Positions 42,617 through 62,589 of a stretch of DNA of 64,000 bases are shown one piece after another. A program made the translations under genes and the position numbers. The notes beneath the pieces are model-generated. The model was not told where the DNA came from, did not search any database, and saw only the letters and a list, made by a program, of their open reading frames with translations. The stretch is from the human T2T-CHM13v2.0 reference genome, Homo sapiens, in assembly GCF_009914755.1 (NCBI RefSeq), contig NC_060934.1; one strand, written 5' to 3'. The first letter of the stretch is position 1, and every line of letters starts with the position of its first letter.

Positions 42617-44759
42617 CCTGACCACTTCTACCCCTCATCCCCTACTTGGGATTTTCTGAGGTTCTTTGAACTGTGGTTTGCTCTTTTTAATTAATTTTGG
42701 AAAATTCGTAGCTATTATCTCTTCAAACTTTTTTTTTCTGCTTCCTTTTCTCTCTCTCCTACTTTTGGGATTCAAAATATATGTTATACTGTTTACTATT
42801 ATCCTATAGCTCTCATATGCTTTTTTTTTTCCTTGTTATTATTTTGGATCATTTCTACTCACCTATCTTCAAGTTTGTAAATCATTTTCTCTGCTGTGTT
42901 CAGTTTGTTGATAAACCTTATGATGAAATTCTTCCTTTTTGTTATCCTTTTGATTTCTAGCCTTTCCATTTGACTCATTTTAAAGAAAAAGTTTCCATTT
43001 CTCTTTTACAATTATTTATTCATTCATGTTGTCTACCTTTTTCTCTAGATTAAAAACTTAATTATAGTTATTTTAAGTCCCTATCTGATAATTTTAACAT
43101 CTGCATCACATCTGTTTCTGGTAATGTTGACTACTTTATCTTTTGACCAAGAGTCTTCATTTTTTTTCTTGCTTTTTGTCTGATAATTTTTGATTCAATG
43201 CCAGATAATGCATATAAAAGAACAGTAGAGACTGAGGCAAATAGTATTTATGCTTGGAAATGGAGACTCTTCTGTTGGGATGTTAGTGTGGGTAGTTGAG
43301 TCAATGCAGTCAGTAATTGAGCTAGATCTGAGTTTTGTTCTATGACAGCTTCAAATTCTTCCAGTGGTGGCTTGCTGCTACCTTTGCTTAGTGGTGAGCC
43401 TGGAGAGATGAAGGGTTTTCCTCAAGTTTCCATTTCATCCTCAGCTTTCAGCTGGTCCCATATGCTTACTCTAGAGAATGGGTCTCTCTCAATGCTGTTG
43501 CCCCTCTTTGAAGGCTAGACTGCTGTTGCTTATTACTCAGTGTGAAGCTTGTGGTGTGGTGGAGGATCTCAGTCTTAGGTAGGCCCTGTGTATCTGGGTC
43601 CCAGGTATGAGACTTTTTCTGTCTCATATTTGTTGGGACTCTTGGGTAGGAGAGCATTTTCTGTCCCTCCTCCAGGGCAGCAGGCCTCTATATCTATGCA
43701 AGATTCTGTAACTGAAAAGGTTTTCTACCCCTTCACCCAGAGGCAGACATATTTTGCTTCTATCTCTCCTTTAGTTAAAGCGCACCTTTTAAGGAGGAAG
43801 TGGCTTCCTCCTTAGTGGCTTATGACTTCTCTTTTTTATGAGAGAAGGGCCTGGGAAGTAGGCAAGATTTCATGCCTGTGCACAGTGTAGGGGGCTCTCT
43901 TTTATCTGTTGTTTGGTCTTAATCTCTCTTGTGAGCACCATGGGGAAAAAAATGAGGAGTGAGTGCAGACTCTCCTTGTGGCTGGGGCTCTTGGGAATTC
44001 TAAACTTTCTTGTTAGCCCATATCCAACATTAAAAAATTTGTTAAAATGTTAGCTGTTTTCTTTTTATTTACTTTTTTGATGGCTACCTTTTCAATCTGT
44101 CCTCTGCTAAAGAAGAAATGCTTTGTGTGTTCTATCTGTTCTTGGAGGGACTAGTCACACTTTGAAATTAAGTTCACCATTTGCCTTGCAACCTCAGCTC
44201 TCTGATGGGTTGGAGAAAAGTTATGATTTTGTAGATTATCTGGCTTTTTCCTTTTAGTATGGGAGTGATGCTTATTTGTAGTTTTCTGCATCCTGAGAAG
44301 TAATGGAATTCCTAGATGATATTTTAAGTGACACTGGTCAGTTGCAGTGTGTCCAGGGTGATCAGGAGGATTCTAGAAATCCTTCCAAATGGGAAGCAAT
44401 GAAACAAACAAGGAACATTTATACTGCAGAAGAGAAATGATGTTGGAGAGAGGAACATGGTGTATGATAGTCACTGTACATAGCTGTGAGATTGATGTGA
44501 TGAGGTAGGTGTAGACTTTTACCTGACATTTCTAATGGCATTAATCAATTAACCGATCAGTTATTTAGCCCCTCCTCTGTGCTAGGTACTAGGAATGCAA
44601 AGACAAATGAGTTCCTATCACTACTCTTAGGAGCTCCCAATCTAGAATTATGAATTACAGCTAATGATGGTAATTATAAGGTGGCAGACTTCAGTTTAAT
44701 CTAAGAAAGAACTTGCCAATGTTTAAAGACGTTGAAAGTGGGATAGACAATGTGGAACG

Positions 44760-44950
44760 GATGTGAGCTTTTAGAGTTGTAGTGACCAAAATTCAAAACC
44801 TGGCTGTACTATTTTCTAGAAGAGAGAACATAGGCAAGTTAACATCTTTCTTTGAGGCCTAGTTTCCTCATCTGTAAAATGAGGATGATAATACTTTCGT
44901 TAAAGGATGATTGAGTAGATGCAAAGAAAAGAAGTATGTAATGTGTCCAA
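44760..44950. mobile_element. MIR
   Basis: ggcaagttaacatct..agtttcctcatctgtaaaatgaggatgataata. Confidence 0.72.
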
Positions 44951-45299
44951 GTCATTTACTTTTCTTTTTATATTTCCTTAAAGTTGTATACTCTTGTCAG
45001 TAGAGAGATTTAAGCAGAATATCAGCCAGGGTGGAGTGGATTCTTGTTCTCCTCCATAGGAGATGGGACAGGATGATCTACTGGTCCTTTTCAGTTAGTC
45101 CTGAGGGGCTGGGATTTAAGCATCCATGGGTATCTGATGAGAAGGGACAGTCTCTGATTCTGATGGGGAGGAGTTTGGTGGGCCCTGGGCTGTCTGCTCT
45201 CCATGGCCCTATGAGAGAGTTCTAGAGAAAACTATGGAGCAACCACACTTTTCTTACATGATTACTAAGGGAGAAGATGCAGGCAGCTACCGGAAGGGG

Positions 45300-47514
<2,215 letters not shown>

Positions 47515-48827
47515 TCAGGGAGGTTAAAATGGCTGTGTAACTGCTTTGGGATTTTGGGAGGCAGCCTGGCTATGAAAACCCATGTTCTAGCCCTGCAACA
47601 TTGATACTATGGGCAAGATAAAGGGAAATGACTTTCTTAGTGCAGATGTGAGGCATGGCTTCTGGTTTGTCCAGGTCTCCTGGCCCTGGTCCAACTCTAC
47701 ATAGTTTTCAGTGAGAGCCACAACTGGCTCTCCTTCAATATTGAGAATCAGCTAGAGCTGGGATTGAGGCGAGTGGCCAGATGCCTACATGTCTTTTCTC
47801 CTGCTTTGCCCAGCTGCGATTTGTCCACCCTTTAAGCAAGTGCCTCTGTTTTCGCTAAGCTCTTTTCCTCTTCTTTTAAAGCTAGATAATGTATACAGCT
47901 GTATGTCGATCTGTTAAGTCCCACTGTCTTCCATCTGCGTCCTCAAGAGGTTTCAAGGACCAAGGTGTTTTGATGTGTCCTTTCAGACTGATATGAAGGA
48001 GGCCTGGCATGAGTGACTTTACTAAGTTGTGTCTAAATCCTCCAAGACACCCCTTGGCATAGAGGATGTAGCCAGCGAAATGTTTCGTAGTTCTCTGATG
48101 AGGGAAAGGGTATGCACTGCACTGCTTCATCGGACAAACAACACTCATGCCCCCTTACCCTCCTCCAGAGAAAGGATTGGGAAATGTATACAACTTAGAA
48201 AAAAAAGTAAATTAGGTGATTGTCAGTGGTATGATTTTTTTTTTTTTTTTTTTGGTCCTTGTCTTCCTTGCCTGATTTGCCTGATCTCTGCTAAAAAACT
48301 TTTAGAAGTACCTCCCTGAAAATTAGTCTAACTAAGGCAGTTTGGGGGTTAAGTGTGGCCAAGAGGGTGCTGGCATAGTGGGAGAAGAATGCTATTTCCA
48401 AGCACTTTGCCAGGAGAGCAAAACTGTATGTGTTTCAATAAAAATTTGCACTGGATAACATAAAATTATTCTTCAGTGTTTACTTGACTTGAATCCTATA
48501 TAAGGGTCTACATTCAGTCATTGATTCAGTCATTATCAGTCATGTGACTTCTGTCTTATATCTTTTTGAAATGAGATGGAGTATGACTTTATTTTGTATT
48601 TTTATTTTTTTGTTTTTTTATTATTATACTTTAAGTTTTAGGGTACATGTGCACAATGTGCAGGTTAGTTACATATGTATACATGTGCCATGCTGGTGTG
48701 CTGCACCCATTAACTCGTCATTTAGCATTAGGTATATCTCCTAATGCTATCCCTCCCCACTCCCCCCACCCCACAACAGTCCCCACAGTGTGATGTTCCC
48801 CTTCCTGTGTCCATGTGTTCTCATTGT

Positions 48828-52649
<3,822 letters not shown>

Positions 52650-52712
52650 TATGATGTTAGCTGGTTATTTTGCTCGTTAGTTGATGCAGTTTCTTCCTAG
52701 CCTCGATGGTCT

Positions 52713-53729
52713 TTACATTTTGGCATGATTTTGCAGCGGCTGGTACCGGTTGTTCTTTTCCATGTTTAGTGCTTCCTTCAGGAGCTCTTTTAGGGCAGGC
52801 CTGGTGGTGACAAAATCTCTCAGCATTTGCTTGTCTGTAAAGTATTTTATTTCTCCTTCACTTGTGAAGCTTAGTTTGGCTGGATATGAAATTCTGGATT
52901 GAAAATTCTTTTCTTTAAGTATGTTGAATATTGGCCCCCACTCTCTTCTGGCTTGTAGAGTTTCTGCTGAGAGATCTGCTGTTAGTCTGATGGGCTTCCC
53001 TTTGAGGGTAACCCGACCTTTCTCTCTGGCTGCCCTTAACATTTTTTCCTTCATTTCAACCTTGGTGAATCTGACAATTATGTGTCTTGGAGTTGCTCTT
53101 CTTGAGGAGTATCTTTGTGGTGGTCTCTGTATTTCTTGAATCTGAATGTTGGCCTGCCTTGCTAGATTGGGGAAGTTCTCCTGGATAATATCCTGCAGAG
53201 TGTTTTCCAACTTGGTTCCATTCTCCCCATCACTTTCAGGTACACCAATCAGACGTAGATTTGGTCTTTTCACATAGTCCCATATTTCTTGGAGGCTTTA
53301 TTCGTTTCTTTTTATTCTTTTTTCTCTAAACTTCCCTTCTCGCTTCATTTCATTCATTTCATCTTCCATCACTGATACCCTTTCTTCCATTTGATTGCAT
53401 TGGCTCCTGAGGCTTCTGCATTCTTCACGTAGTTCTCAATCCTTGGCTTTCAGCTTCATCAGCTCCTTTAAGCACTTCTCTGTATTGGTTATGCTAGTTA
53501 TACATTTGTCTAAATTTTTTTCAAAGTTTTTAACTTCTTTGCCTTTGGTTTGAATTTCCTCCTGTAGCTCGGAGTAGTTTGATCTTCTGAAGCCTTCTTC
53601 TCTCAACTCGTCAAAGTCATTCTCCGTCCAGCTTTGTTCCGTTGCTGGTGAGGAACTGAGTTGCTTTGGAGGAGGAGAGGCGCTCTGCTTTTTAGAGTTT
53701 CCAGTTTTACTGTTCTGTTTTTTCCCCAT
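52713..53729 (-). pseudogene. disrupted L1 ORF1
   Basis: MGKKQNSKTGNSK start, premature stop at 53436, C-terminal 186 aa ending QNHAKM. Confidence 0.95.
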
Positions 53730-54312
53730 CTTTGTGGTTTTATCTACTTTTGGTCTTTGATGATGGTGATGTACAGATGGATTTTTGGTGTGGATGTCCT
53801 TTCTGTTTGTTAGTTTTCCTTCTAACAGACAGGACCCTCAGCTGCAGGTCTGTTGGAGTTTGCTAGAGATCCACTCCAGACCCTGTTTTCCTGGGTATCA
53901 GCAGCGGTGGCTGCAGAACAGCGGATTTTCGTGAACCGCGAATGCTGCTGTCTGATCGTTCCTTTGGAAGTTTTGTCTCAGAGGAGTACCCGGCCGTGTG
54001 AGGTGTCAGTCTGCCCCTACTGGAAGGTGCCTCCCAGTTAGGCTGCTCAGGGGTCAGGGGTCAGGGACCCACTTGAGGAGATAGTCTGCCCGTTCTCAGA
54101 TCTCCAGCTGCGTGCTGGGAGAACCACTGCTCTCTTCAAAGCTGTCAGACAGGGACATTTAAGTCTGCAGAGGTTACTGCTGTCTTTTTGTTTGTCTGTG
54201 CCCTGCCCCTAGAGGTGGAGCCTACAGAGGCAGGCAGGTCTACTTGAGTTGTGGTGGGCTGCACCCAGTTGGAGCTTCCCGGCTGCTTTGTTTACCTAAG
54301 CAAGCCTGGGCA

Positions 54313-54786
54313 ATGGTGGGCGCCCCTCCCCCAGCCTCGCTGACGCCTTGCAGCTTGATCTCAGACTGCTGTGCTGGCAATCATCGAGACTCTGTGGGCA
54401 TAGGACCCTCTGAGCCAGGTGTGGGATATAATCTCCTGGTGTGCCGTTTTTTAAGCCCTTTGGAAAAGCGCAGTATTAGGGTGGGAGTGACCCAATTTTC
54501 CAGGTGCCGTCTTTCACCCCTTTCTTTGACTAGGAAAGGGAACTCCCTGACCCCTTGCGCTTCCCGAGTGAGGCAATGCCTCATCCTGCTTCAGCGCGCG
54601 CATGGTGCGCTGCACCCACTGTCCTGCACCCACTGTCTGGCACTCCCTAGTGAGATGAACCTGGTACCTCAGATGGAAATGCAGAAATCACCCATCTTCT
54701 GCGTCGCTCACGCTGGGAGCTGTAGACCGGAGCTGTTCCTATTCGGCCATCTTGGCTGCCCTCTCTGGAGTATGACTTTAAAATAA
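54313..54786 (+). CDS. L1 ORF0 (antisense), open and extended to 157 aa; expression unknown
   Basis: ATG in gcaATGG context; MVGAPPPASLTPCSLISDCC..RDSVGIGPSEPGVGY resembles ORF0p; stop lies outside the element. Confidence 0.4.
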   Translation: MVGAPPPASLTPCSLISDCCAGNHRDSVGIGPSEPGVGYNLLVCRFLSPLEKRSIRVGVTQFSRCRLSPLSLTRKGNSLTPCASRVRQCLILLQRAHGALHPLSCTHCLALPSEMNLVPQMEMQKSPIFCVAHAGSCRPELFLFGHLGCPLWSMTLK

Positions 54787-55871
54787 ACCTGTTGTCTTGG
54801 GAAAGTTAGCTTCTCTGGATCTTGTTAATATAATGAGTTAATTGGACACCCTTGGAGAGTTTGGGTCAGTATGACCATGGTATGGGGTGAGGCCTAGACA
54901 TCTATATTTTTCACAAGCTTCAAAGGTGATCTTTTTGCTGATCTGTAAGGGATTCACCAGATTGTAACATTCTGCAATTCCATGATTTTACATAAATGTC
55001 AGGAAAAATTATTTTTGCGTATAAAATTTCCCTTTTAAACTGGTTGGTCCATTTAGGATCATGTGGTCTTTTTATTTTAATATCCCTTGGGTCCTCTCTC
55101 TGGCAACCTCTCTCTCAAAAATTCATGTGATCATTTTGATTGACTGATCCAAGGAATGGAAATAGTCCACAAAGATTTTCTACTCAACTCTAGAAGCAAA
55201 AGCTTTGGTACCACCCAGATGGGGAGATTCTCTATGCCGTCCTGACTTGTCTCAGAACTGTCACATGACCTTGGCAGGTCGGAGGTTCTTTGTGGGTTTG
55301 GGGGAATGGTTTTGTTTCCTAGGTTGTGTCAAGATTCCATGAAAGTTCCTTTAAGAATAGAGTTTCCATTTAAAAACACCAAGGCAGTTGTCAGAACAGG
55401 GGCTGAATACTGCTTTCTTTCACTGGGGATTACCTGGGCAGGTTGGCAGCCATTCATGGAGGGTGCTTACCTGAAATTGTTGCTCTTGGCCTCTTAATTG
55501 GGTGCCAGTTTGACTGCATCAGTGAGAGTGTGTTGGTTAATCCGTTGCTTAACTTATTCTTTTTGGCACAGCTGAGGACATTTTCAAAGATAAAGTCTGT
55601 CAACAAAGGCTAAGTCCTAATCAAACAGGTGTAGATGACTTGGAGGTGCTGAAGTATGCGAGAGAACTGCATTGTGGGAGGAGCCCTCTAGTCAGGAAGG
55701 CTCTTCTAGAAGGAATGGGGCTAACAAGTGGCATATTTTACTAGCCAATAAATAAAGTCATGGAAAGGTATGTTATTTTTTTGCTGGTCAACCTCATTGT
55801 GAAACTCTGTACTTCCTACTTAGTTTTAAACTCTAAATCATTGGGGTCATGTATGATTAAAGGACAGAGGA

Positions 55872-56215
<344 letters not shown>

Positions 56216-56239
56216 TTAGGATGGAGGGCTTCTTTAAAA

Positions 56240-57420
56240 CACAGCAGTATCAATGCTTTCTTCTTTTGATTCTTGATTCCCACAGCACTCACAGTTTATA
56301 TTATCTATCTCATTGCTCGTTCCTTCTCCTCTTCTCCTCTACCAAACTTCCTGAAAGAGTTATGTCCACTCGTGTTCTTCACATGCTCACCTCCCATTCA
56401 CTCCTTACTCTTGGTCCTCTAAGTGTGATCTGTGGACCAGCAGCATGGGTATCTCATGGGAACTTGTTAGAAATGCTGAATCACGGGCCCCACCCCAGAC
56501 CTACTGAGTTAGAATCCTCATTTTAACAAGATTCCCAAGTGATTAATGGCACATAAAAGTCTAAGAAGCACTGCTAAGACTAAAATACTTTCTTAAAGGC
56601 CTCACATGGCTTTCTAGGCACAAACTCCAATGGCAATTTCTCTCTTTGCCTTCTCCTTGACTACTCTACCATTTGCACACTTTTCTTCTTCAAAGCTTCT
56701 CTCCTTTTGACTTCTTTAATGCTTCTCTATCCAGTTTGCTGGCCATTTCTTCCCCGGGTAATTTTCTGGCTGCTTTTTTTCTTATCAACTCCAAAATACA
56801 GACATTTCCATTACTTTGTCTTCAGCCCCACTTTCTCTTTCTCCCAAGGTCCAGTTCCACTGTTTCAGTTGACGTCTGGACAGCTCTAGACATTGGCTGT
56901 CCTTCTGGAACCTCAGAAATACTCCATCCAAACCAACTTATCTTTTCCTTTACTCTGAGAGGCCACTACTCCTCTGGCCTTCCTTTGTTTAGTAAATGAC
57001 ATCCCATGGGGGGCCTCATCATGGTCAGTGACTTCCCCTTCCCTTGCTTCCTTCCCTACCTATCAGTCACCAGATTATACCTTCATCATTGGCTTATGTT
57101 CTAATTTTCTCATTTACTATTTATCAAGTTACTTCAACCTCTTTCCTGAACCATCTAAGAGCCTGATCATTGTAATTCTAGCTGCTGTCTTCTCTCTCTC
57201 TCTCTCTTGTCCTCTGCTATTAGTTATTTTTTTTTCTTCTAGATGTTCTAATCATACCCTTACTCTGCTCCAAAGCACTGTTTTCTGTTGCCTTCAGAGT
57301 TAAGTCTGATCGGTTCAGCACAGGCATCAAGGCCTTCCACGTTCAGGTGCCCTTGCCTTCCTTCAGCCACCTTTTCCAATATTCCCTGCAAGTGCTCTAT
57401 GCTAGGCCAAACTGTGGCCC
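56240..57420 (+). mobile_element. degraded L2
   Basis: caaacttcctgaaagagttatgtccactc..ctcacctcccattcactcct; pyrimidine-rich L2-like continuation. Confidence 0.6.
56412..56573. mobile_element. MER5A DNA transposon nested in L2-like sequence
   Basis: ggaccagcagcat..gggaacttgttagaaatgc..ggccccaccccagacctactgag..ttttaacaagattccc. Confidence 0.85.
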
Positions 57421-60400
57421 ATTTCCTTTCTGTGGCATCCCCCTACTAACTAATGATTACTTTTAGAATCTGGAGTGAGATTCTAATACCAATTATCACA
57501 GGGATGGATAGTGACTAGCAGTTGTTTAGGAGCCAGTCTTGGGTTGGTTGCAAATAGATCAGGCCAAATGATCTTCCTTTTTTTGTTGGTTTTTTGACTT
57601 AACAGATAAGGAAAATGTGTTAAGCACCAAGCATTTAAAGTTCAGGAAGACATTCAAAACGGGATTTTTGCCAAACAACTCTATCAAAAGAGGGCACCTA
57701 AATGAAGCTATGTTGGTTTGGAGGAACTTGGTTTTGTGCCTGATTCTTGGCAAAAGAACCAGTGACTTAGGTGAAGATACAGAAAACGCATGTATTATAT
57801 TTGTGGGACACAGAGCTGGAAAGGGCAGTTGAATCAGGTAATAGAATCATGATCCCCCAGTATTTTATCAGTTAGAACTTATGGGACAAATCAGAAGAGA
57901 TAAAATTTAAGAAGATTATACTTGCACTTGGGCCCACTTTGCTTTGTTAAAGCAAAGTACCAGAATAGGGGTGATGTATGAGAAAACATGGTTGTATTTG
58001 GTGTCTTCAAATATCTGTTTGAGTGTTTAAGAAGCCCATGAAATTGTAGGTTCAATGACACAAGCACATTATCTTGAAAAAGGAGCAAGGCTACACCTAG
58101 GATATCGTGTTCAATTCTGGGCCATACATTTTAATTAGAAAGTAGACAAATTGTAGTCTTTTTAGGGGAAGCATGACCAGAGTCACTTGGCCAGGGTATG
58201 GCTGAGTGGGAAGAGCTTACTGGGTAGCTTTTGAGGTCCTTTTCAACCCAGCTTCACCCAGTTATAGCCTCCTTCGTGGAGGGGAATTGCTGTCTTATTA
58301 TAGTTTCTCTGAAGACATTTAGCACAATGTTTTGCTCATAGTGTGTGTTAATAAATATTGTTGAATGAATGTTGTTAGTGTAATGTAAGTTTTGCCTCCT
58401 GGTTCAGAACATAACTTCCTTGAGGGCACCTACTGCATGTTATGTTTCTTTTTATATAATTCCAGCATCTTGCATAGGGTTGGATTTTCAGCAGGTGCTT
58501 TGTAAATACAGGCTGTGTTCGTAAAATTAAATGTTAGGAGAAATTAATTAAACATATACTTATTCTCCTAGTTTTCCCTTTCCTGTTATATAAAAACAAG
58601 AGAACACTGTGGTAAGAAGGAATGCTGGACTAGGAGTCAGAAGCCTTGGTTTCTAGGGCTGCCTCTTCTACTAACTAGCTTGCTTTGGGCAAGTAAGAAC
58701 CTGTGTATAGGATCTGAAGAGGAGGGAGAAGTAGGATGAAAGGTGTCATGGCTGCTAAAATTTAGGGTCAGGCATCTGAATGCCCCAGCTGGGTTTCTCC
58801 CAGCCTTTTGGTATTCTTAAAGCTTTAAGATGACACAATTAAGACACTTAATCATTTGCAAGTTTAAGTTCCTTTCAATTGGCCTGGAAGCAGCAGAAAT
58901 TGCATAGTTTGCTTCCTGGGAGATTGTAGCCCAAGACCAATAACTCACTTGTGTCTGTACAGCTGTTATATGCTATTCACTGGCAGGTGTGACTAATTCC
59001 ACCACTGACACCACCTCTTGGATGAATGTGGGCTTCTGAGGCAACCCCTTCATAAATATCTGTGTGACAGAGCACTGTGGGAAGGGTGCTGGGCTCCTCT
59101 TTGTTGTTACTGGTGGGGCTCAATCCACTTCAGAGACTTGGATTAATGTTGGCATTATTTCTTGAGGGCACGTCTCTTCTCTGTGGGGCCTCTCCTGGCA
59201 TATGCCCACAACTCCTGGGACTCTTTCTTTTTTCTCTCTTTCTCTGTATTGTCATAGCTCTCTGGAATGGGTAGACATGTTTCTGAAGGCTCTGAAAGCA
59301 CATTTATTTTAAAAGCAACAAAGTAGTGGTGTTGAGAGGTCAAACCTGAAAACCTATGGCTGGGTTTGGGCATGCCACTATGTCAGAAAAAAGCACTGGG
59401 TTTCCTAGACAAGGGAGAAGTGGCTAAAAAAGCATGTAAAATTCTGATATCTTACTGTTCAGTCCTTCAAGAGTTAAAAGTTGTAGTGGCTTTTACCATT
59501 TAATTGTGTTTAGCTTTGTTATAAAAGAAAAAGAACTTAGGAAAAAAATCATGTTTCATTAATGTGCCAGCTTGGATTATTTTCCCCTGTCAGTTTAGCA
59601 ATCAACAGCAATAAAAACCCAGATATAAAATTTTCATACATTTACAGTGATATAAAGACATTAAGCAAAAATCCTTTGAAACATTTTCCATTTTCATTTC
59701 ACTTAGCAGGTGCTATATATCAAGCTATTATTTACCCAGCTAAAATGAGCTGGAAAGTGATCCAAGTTGGTGGAGTGCCTGCAGACGAATCACACAATTG
59801 TTTTCTCCTTCTGATTGTGCTCAGCTGAAGGGATTGGTTTTAGCACAAATCAGATCAAGGTGCTGCAAAAGTTACTCAGGATTGCTTGGAGACTGGTGAG
59901 GTGAGCTGTGCTCAGCTTGCCAGTGAGAAACCACATTTTAATGTCTTTGCTGATGGGATAGTTCACATATATGGAGGCAGTTTTGTTGAAGGCATGGCCA
60001 ATGCTGTTCTCCAGGCTGATAGACTGAAGTGGCATGGATAATAAAGTAAGCAGATAACCCACAGGAGACTTTTGCTTTGCTTTGGGGTGTACACAGTATA
60101 TTAGCAATAGCTTATATTTATATGGCCATTTTCAGTTTAAAAAGTGCTGTTTTGCACTCATGGCCCAATAGCTGGAACACCAATGAGGAAAGCCAGGCAT
60201 TAGTCCCAATTTTGCCCTTAGAGATACATGACGTTAGGCAAGTCACTAAGTCACTTTCTTTTTCCTCATCTATAAAATGGAAGTAAATAAATGGATTCTT
60301 CCTAGATTGTAAGAGACTATGGGTTTGAGGTAATAGTTTTGAAAGTATCTTGAAAGGTTAAAAGCACTATACTGATCTATTTACTTACTTAAATACCTTT

Positions 60401-62019
60401 ATTGATGACTTCCCTGCTAGGAGCTCTGCTGGACCTGGGGATACAGTGGTGGACAGGAGAGAAACCAGAGGCTTCCCTTATTTACCTTATGAGATTCATA
60501 TTCTTTTCTTTTTCTTGGGGTGCTTTTAGTATGAATGTAATTTCTAGAATTTATATGAACTGGGTGTGATGTAATAGGTTTGAGCAGGGAGTAGAGGAAG
60601 GAACTATCATAAAATTATTTCATACATCTAAATAGTGATGTGGGAAACCATAAACTCAGTGTATTTATCTGAACTGTTTATGTTAACTGTATTTAACAGT
60701 GGGGTTTTTAGTCCTAGAACTCCTAGACGAGCTTCAGAGGGCCAAGGAGCAATCTGAGAACTGCTGAATTAATGTATACGCTCTTTTTCCCAGGGCAGCA
60801 TGGTAACAGATATTTAAAAGGTTTCTTTTGTCAAATTGCCAGTCCTGGTACTACTGACTTGCAGAAAGTTGCATCTGTAAAATGTGGGAATCATATTAAA
60901 TACTCTGAGAAGTCCTTTTTGGCCGTAAAATTCCATTATCATAATTTCATTTTTTCATTGTAGCAATGAAAGTATTTAATCCACTTTAGCCAGTCATTTA
61001 TACAACCTCCTTCTAATCTAATAATGTTGAAATAATTTGAAAATGGTAGTTAGTCAAAGGCACATTTCTTTGACATTTCAGCTAATCTGGAAGTGGCTAC
61101 ATAGCCTGAAGAGAGAGAGTTTGGATAGGGGCATCTAGGAAGATTTAAATATCTGCATAATTGGACCCCATGGTTTGGGCTACTGCATGGGAGGTGTTCA
61201 GATCTGCCATCTTCAAGGACTGATTTGAGAATAGTTGGATGGTCCTGTTATCTTTATAGTTTGGTTACTGACTTAGTGTAGTAGAGATATAGGTCAATTA
61301 ACATGTGTGTGGCTCATAAGCACATGCTATGGGCTTTGGTTAAAGGAGTTGGATGTATAGAGGGAATTAGGTTAACATAAGGTTCTTTTAAAAAATTTCC
61401 AGTGTTCTGCCACATTGTGTGGAGAACACATTGTGTGGATTAAGGTGTCATGTAGTCACCACTGTGTGGTGAGTTTTCAGGCAGATGACAAATGGAGTGA
61501 ACATTGGGTGTGATCTTCCTGGTAGGCATTTCTTTCATCCTTGCTGGGAAAAGCTGTGCTTTTGTTTGGACATCTCCACTTCTCTACCTTATACTCAACT
61601 CTGGCGGTTAAATCTGGATTATTTAAAGGCCGATGTTAGGATCCCATTCCCCTTGCTTGTGACTGGTTTAGTCATGGGCACGTAACACTGTTTGGATCAG
61701 TGAGCACAAGGGAAAATCTGCTAAGAGCCTTCAGGGAAAGGTACCTTGGCTTTTAAGAAGAGATACAAGTAACAGATGGTTCTACTTTTCCATTAGATTC
61801 TGTCAAGTCTACAAGAGACTTTTGGGACTCTAGTTATCTGACCACTGTGAGGTCTGATAGCTGGCACACTGAGGGTGGGAGAGGGAAAATATGGAAAGAT
61901 CTAGAGACTTGACACTGCTTCCCCAGCACTGAGTTTTGAGCCTCTTAATCCTTTCTGATCCAAATGATCCCTGTTGCTTTAGTCTTTAGATCTAGAATAC
62001 TTTATTTTTAAACTCTTAA

Positions 62020-62330
<311 letters not shown>

Positions 62331-62589
62331 TTGTTATTATTTTTTAATAATCAACACTTATATAGATTTAACAACATGGAATAAAAACTCTACCCCTATT
62401 CCCTGTCTTCTTTTTCAGCTTTTTTTTTTTTCTTCAGTGCAGTTATCGCCATTTACCAGGTTGTATGTAACAAAGCACAGGCTTTGTTTTATTCTTTCTG
62501 GCACCCCCGGCAGATAGAACAATGCCTACCACATAGGAGAGAGTGCTCAATAGATATTTGTTGAGTGACTATTTTACCAATTCAGTTGA

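Larger units (their letters stand above)
39695..44310 (-). mobile_element. ancient L1M (MB/MC/MD-type) composite: 3' end, ORF2 5' part, ORF1 and 5' region, with nested younger inserts
   Basis: L1M 3'UTR 39695-40176, then gtgaatgttcca..aagaatgtggattctgctattgttgg (EN region), then ORF1-like T-rich sequence. Confidence 0.75.

Noticed and set aside
61411-61439. cacattgtgtgga twice; similar short repeats at ~35827, ~46975 and ~48513
   Set aside because: Ordinary slippage-scale repeats with no further structure
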